From a virus, in the IMG/VR virus record IMGVR_UViG_3300025828_000016, positions 21,500-85,499 of that record: DNA of 64,000 nucleotides, one strand, 5' to 3'. A model generated the notes under the pieces. It ran no database searches. It had not been told where the DNA came from and worked only from the letters and a program-made list of their open reading frames with translations. Numbering within the stretch: the first letter of the stretch is position 1; each line of letters opens with the position of its first letter. This document shows, in pieces, positions 62,161 through 64,000 of this stretch. The translations under genes and the position numbers were made by a program.

Positions 62161-62237
62161 ATGGTTCTCCTTTGGCTGAGGTTATCTTATTGCCTGAACT
62201 GTGTGTTTACAATCTTTTACTTATAGATTTTGTTATT

Positions 62238-62975
62238 TTATTCGCTGATTAAATTGCTATAAAATTCAACCATGTGCTCTAATTGAGTCTTGATGTCTGG
62301 CAGTTCAATGTGGCCAGACAAGCGTTTGTCTGCAGGGGTCGGAGCGCTGAAAGGTACTACGAATATTCCTCTGTCGTAAACATCGTTAAAAATGTTGAGC
62401 ATAGTATACTTGGAAACGCTAACCGAACTGCTCACAACTGTTTCTGTGGAGAAGTTATCCCAATCATTTATTAGATCTTCTGATATTTTTGCCCAGTAGT
62501 AAGTCGTATTTCCATTCCACAAATGGTTTGTGTAGCCTCTTACCGTACTGCCATCTTCATTGCTCAAAAACCAGCACAGAAGACTACTGCTGCCTTTCAG
62601 CTCCAGACCTATAATAGACGTCTTGATTATTTTAGTTCTCTGACCAAATTTTTTTATCCACTCTGCTGCTCGAGCTTTTGAAATGCCATAGTCGTCGTCA
62701 TCCATCTCGCAGTCCGTGCCTGGGTGTATTACTCTTCCTTGAAAGTTAGAATCTAACCAAACTGGCAGTTCAAAATTAACGTCGAACTCTTTGGTTCTTT
62801 GAGGAATGGCACCGATGCAATTTATCAGGTAGTCTGCATCAGAATTAGAAACGGCGTCTTTAAATTCTTGTGTCGGCCAACGATCTCCTGTCGTCTCAAT
62901 GACGTGGTTCTGTCCTAGATAAGCTTTCACCATGTGGCCTAACATGCCAGTGTGTCCTAGTATCAAGATCTTCAT
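62238..62975 (-). CDS. NDP-4-keto-sugar reductase (RmlD-like SDR)
   Basis: GHTGMLG, INCIG, TDC, YGISK (YxxxK). Confidence 0.8.
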   Translation of the reverse strand: MKILILGHTGMLGHMVKAYLGQNHVIETTGDRWPTQEFKDAVSNSDADYLINCIGAIPQRTKEFDVNFELPVWLDSNFQGRVIHPGTDCEMDDDDYGISKARAAEWIKKFGQRTKIIKTSIIGLELKGSSSLLCWFLSNEDGSTVRGYTNHLWNGNTTYYWAKISEDLINDWDNFSTETVVSSSVSVSKYTMLNIFNDVYDRGIFVVPFSAPTPADKRLSGHIELPDIKTQLEHMVEFYSNLISE

Positions 62976-62978
62976 GAG

Positions 62979-63917
62979 CTATGGCCTAAAGTATTTATAT
63001 TTTTCTAAAGTTGCCACGAGCTCTTCTTTGCTGACGACAGTCTTGTCGCTTGTAAATTCAAAGTCTATGGCATGCTCAGCTAGTTTTTCATAGTGCATGA
63101 AATAAGAATCTAGCTTTTCATTGTAATGAGTTCTAGGAGCTTCCTCGATAGAAATCATCATTTCATGAAGCTTTTCAGAGATTCGAGGCACTCCCATCTT
63201 GTATTTAAGACCGAACTTGTCGGCAAAAATCTCAAACAAGTCTTTCACCAGAAAAGATTTCAGGTTGGGTATCACGTTATAGCCGTCGACTTCCAAGCTG
63301 TATTCGATCAGGTCCATGGCTTCTTCAATGTCGATCATGAACCTGGACATTTTTTCTGAGAAGAGTGTTAGCTCGTAGCCTTTTGAAATGGCGTCCCACA
63401 TCAAAGGTATCACAGAACCGGTTGAGTTGAGTACGTTGCCGTAAATTGCAGACGATAATCTGACAGGAGATCTATCGGAGTTGACAATGAAAGATTCTCC
63501 GGCCACAAACTTCATCGCTCCGTATATCGTTGTTGCCGCTCGAGACTTGTCGCTTGAAATAAAACATGCAGATTCCATGCCGACTTCTTCGGCAATACGC
63601 CTGGAGTTTAGCGCTCCGTCCACAATGATTCTGGCTGATTCCTCAACGTTCTGGTCGACAGCGCTAATCTGTTTCAAAGATGCAGCAAATATGCCTATGT
63701 CGTGATCGCTAGCAGCTCTTTTCATCAGGTCAAAGTTTCTAATGTCACCCACGACACAGTTGACTTTTGGGAATCTCTTCTTGAGATAATAGTGCTTGGC
63801 CTCATCTCTAGAATAAACTGTGACTTCATTGCTGCCAATGTGCCTTCTTACTAAGTTGCTACCCAGATAGCCGGCGCCGCCTGTGATGAATACCTTTTTG
63901 TTTTTTATTGCGCCCAT
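62979..63917 (-). CDS. UDP-GlcNAc 4,6-dehydratase-like polysaccharide biosynthesis protein
   Basis: TGGAGYLG, SRDEAK, SSDK, YGAMK, YGNV.S.GSVIP, EKLHE. Confidence 0.85.
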   Translation of the reverse strand: MGAIKNKKVFITGGAGYLGSNLVRRHIGSNEVTVYSRDEAKHYYLKKRFPKVNCVVGDIRNFDLMKRAASDHDIGIFAASLKQISAVDQNVEESARIIVDGALNSRRIAEEVGMESACFISSDKSRAATTIYGAMKFVAGESFIVNSDRSPVRLSSAIYGNVLNSTGSVIPLMWDAISKGYELTLFSEKMSRFMIDIEEAMDLIEYSLEVDGYNVIPNLKSFLVKDLFEIFADKFGLKYKMGVPRISEKLHEMMISIEEAPRTHYNEKLDSYFMHYEKLAEHAIDFEFTSDKTVVSKEELVATLEKYKYFRP

Positions 63918-64000
63918 GCTTTCTTATGTCCGTCTTTCATGTTTATTATTCCCATGACACCCACCTTGCTGACATACGTTATCTGGCGTTCTTCCTCAGT

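Noticed and set aside
1472-63705. Numerous plus-strand ORFs in the track (e.g. 9769, 29775, 31008, 34540, 43322, 46496, 50167)
   Set aside because: Antisense shadows of well-supported minus-strand genes, without RBS or motifs

Overview
This 64 kb window is part of a large AT-rich dsDNA bacteriophage genome (T4-like/jumbo myovirus type), with almost all genes on the minus strand. It has four blocks. (1) 0.6-20 kb: a gp55-like sigma factor and a cluster of about 16 nucleotide-sugar/glycosylation genes. (2) 20-44.4 kb: a late block (PIN-PhoH, purA, endolysin, structural proteins) with many probable virion-internal proteins that share two N-terminal tags ending in L-x-E, preceded by a recurring AACTAHTTA late-promoter motif. 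(3) 44.4-45.7 kb: a poorly coding junction with a G-quadruplex/palindrome element. (4) 45.7-62 kb: an early host-takeover block with about 15 sigma70 promoters (several leaderless), MoxR+VWA, a tandem family of tiny MKVGDLV SH3/KOW-like proteins, three tRNAs for AT-rich codons (Arg-UCU, Leu-UAA, Ile2-CAU), two candidate structured ncRNAs, hsp20 with a ROSE-like leader, and a Dam-type methylase paired with a nuclease. From 44.3 to 58.1 kb the DNA is almost free of GATC. A MYXO-CTERM-like protein and a Cys-repeat/vWA lipoprotein suggest a Myxococcota-type host. All calls come from reading motifs by eye; no database searches were run and site counts are manual.
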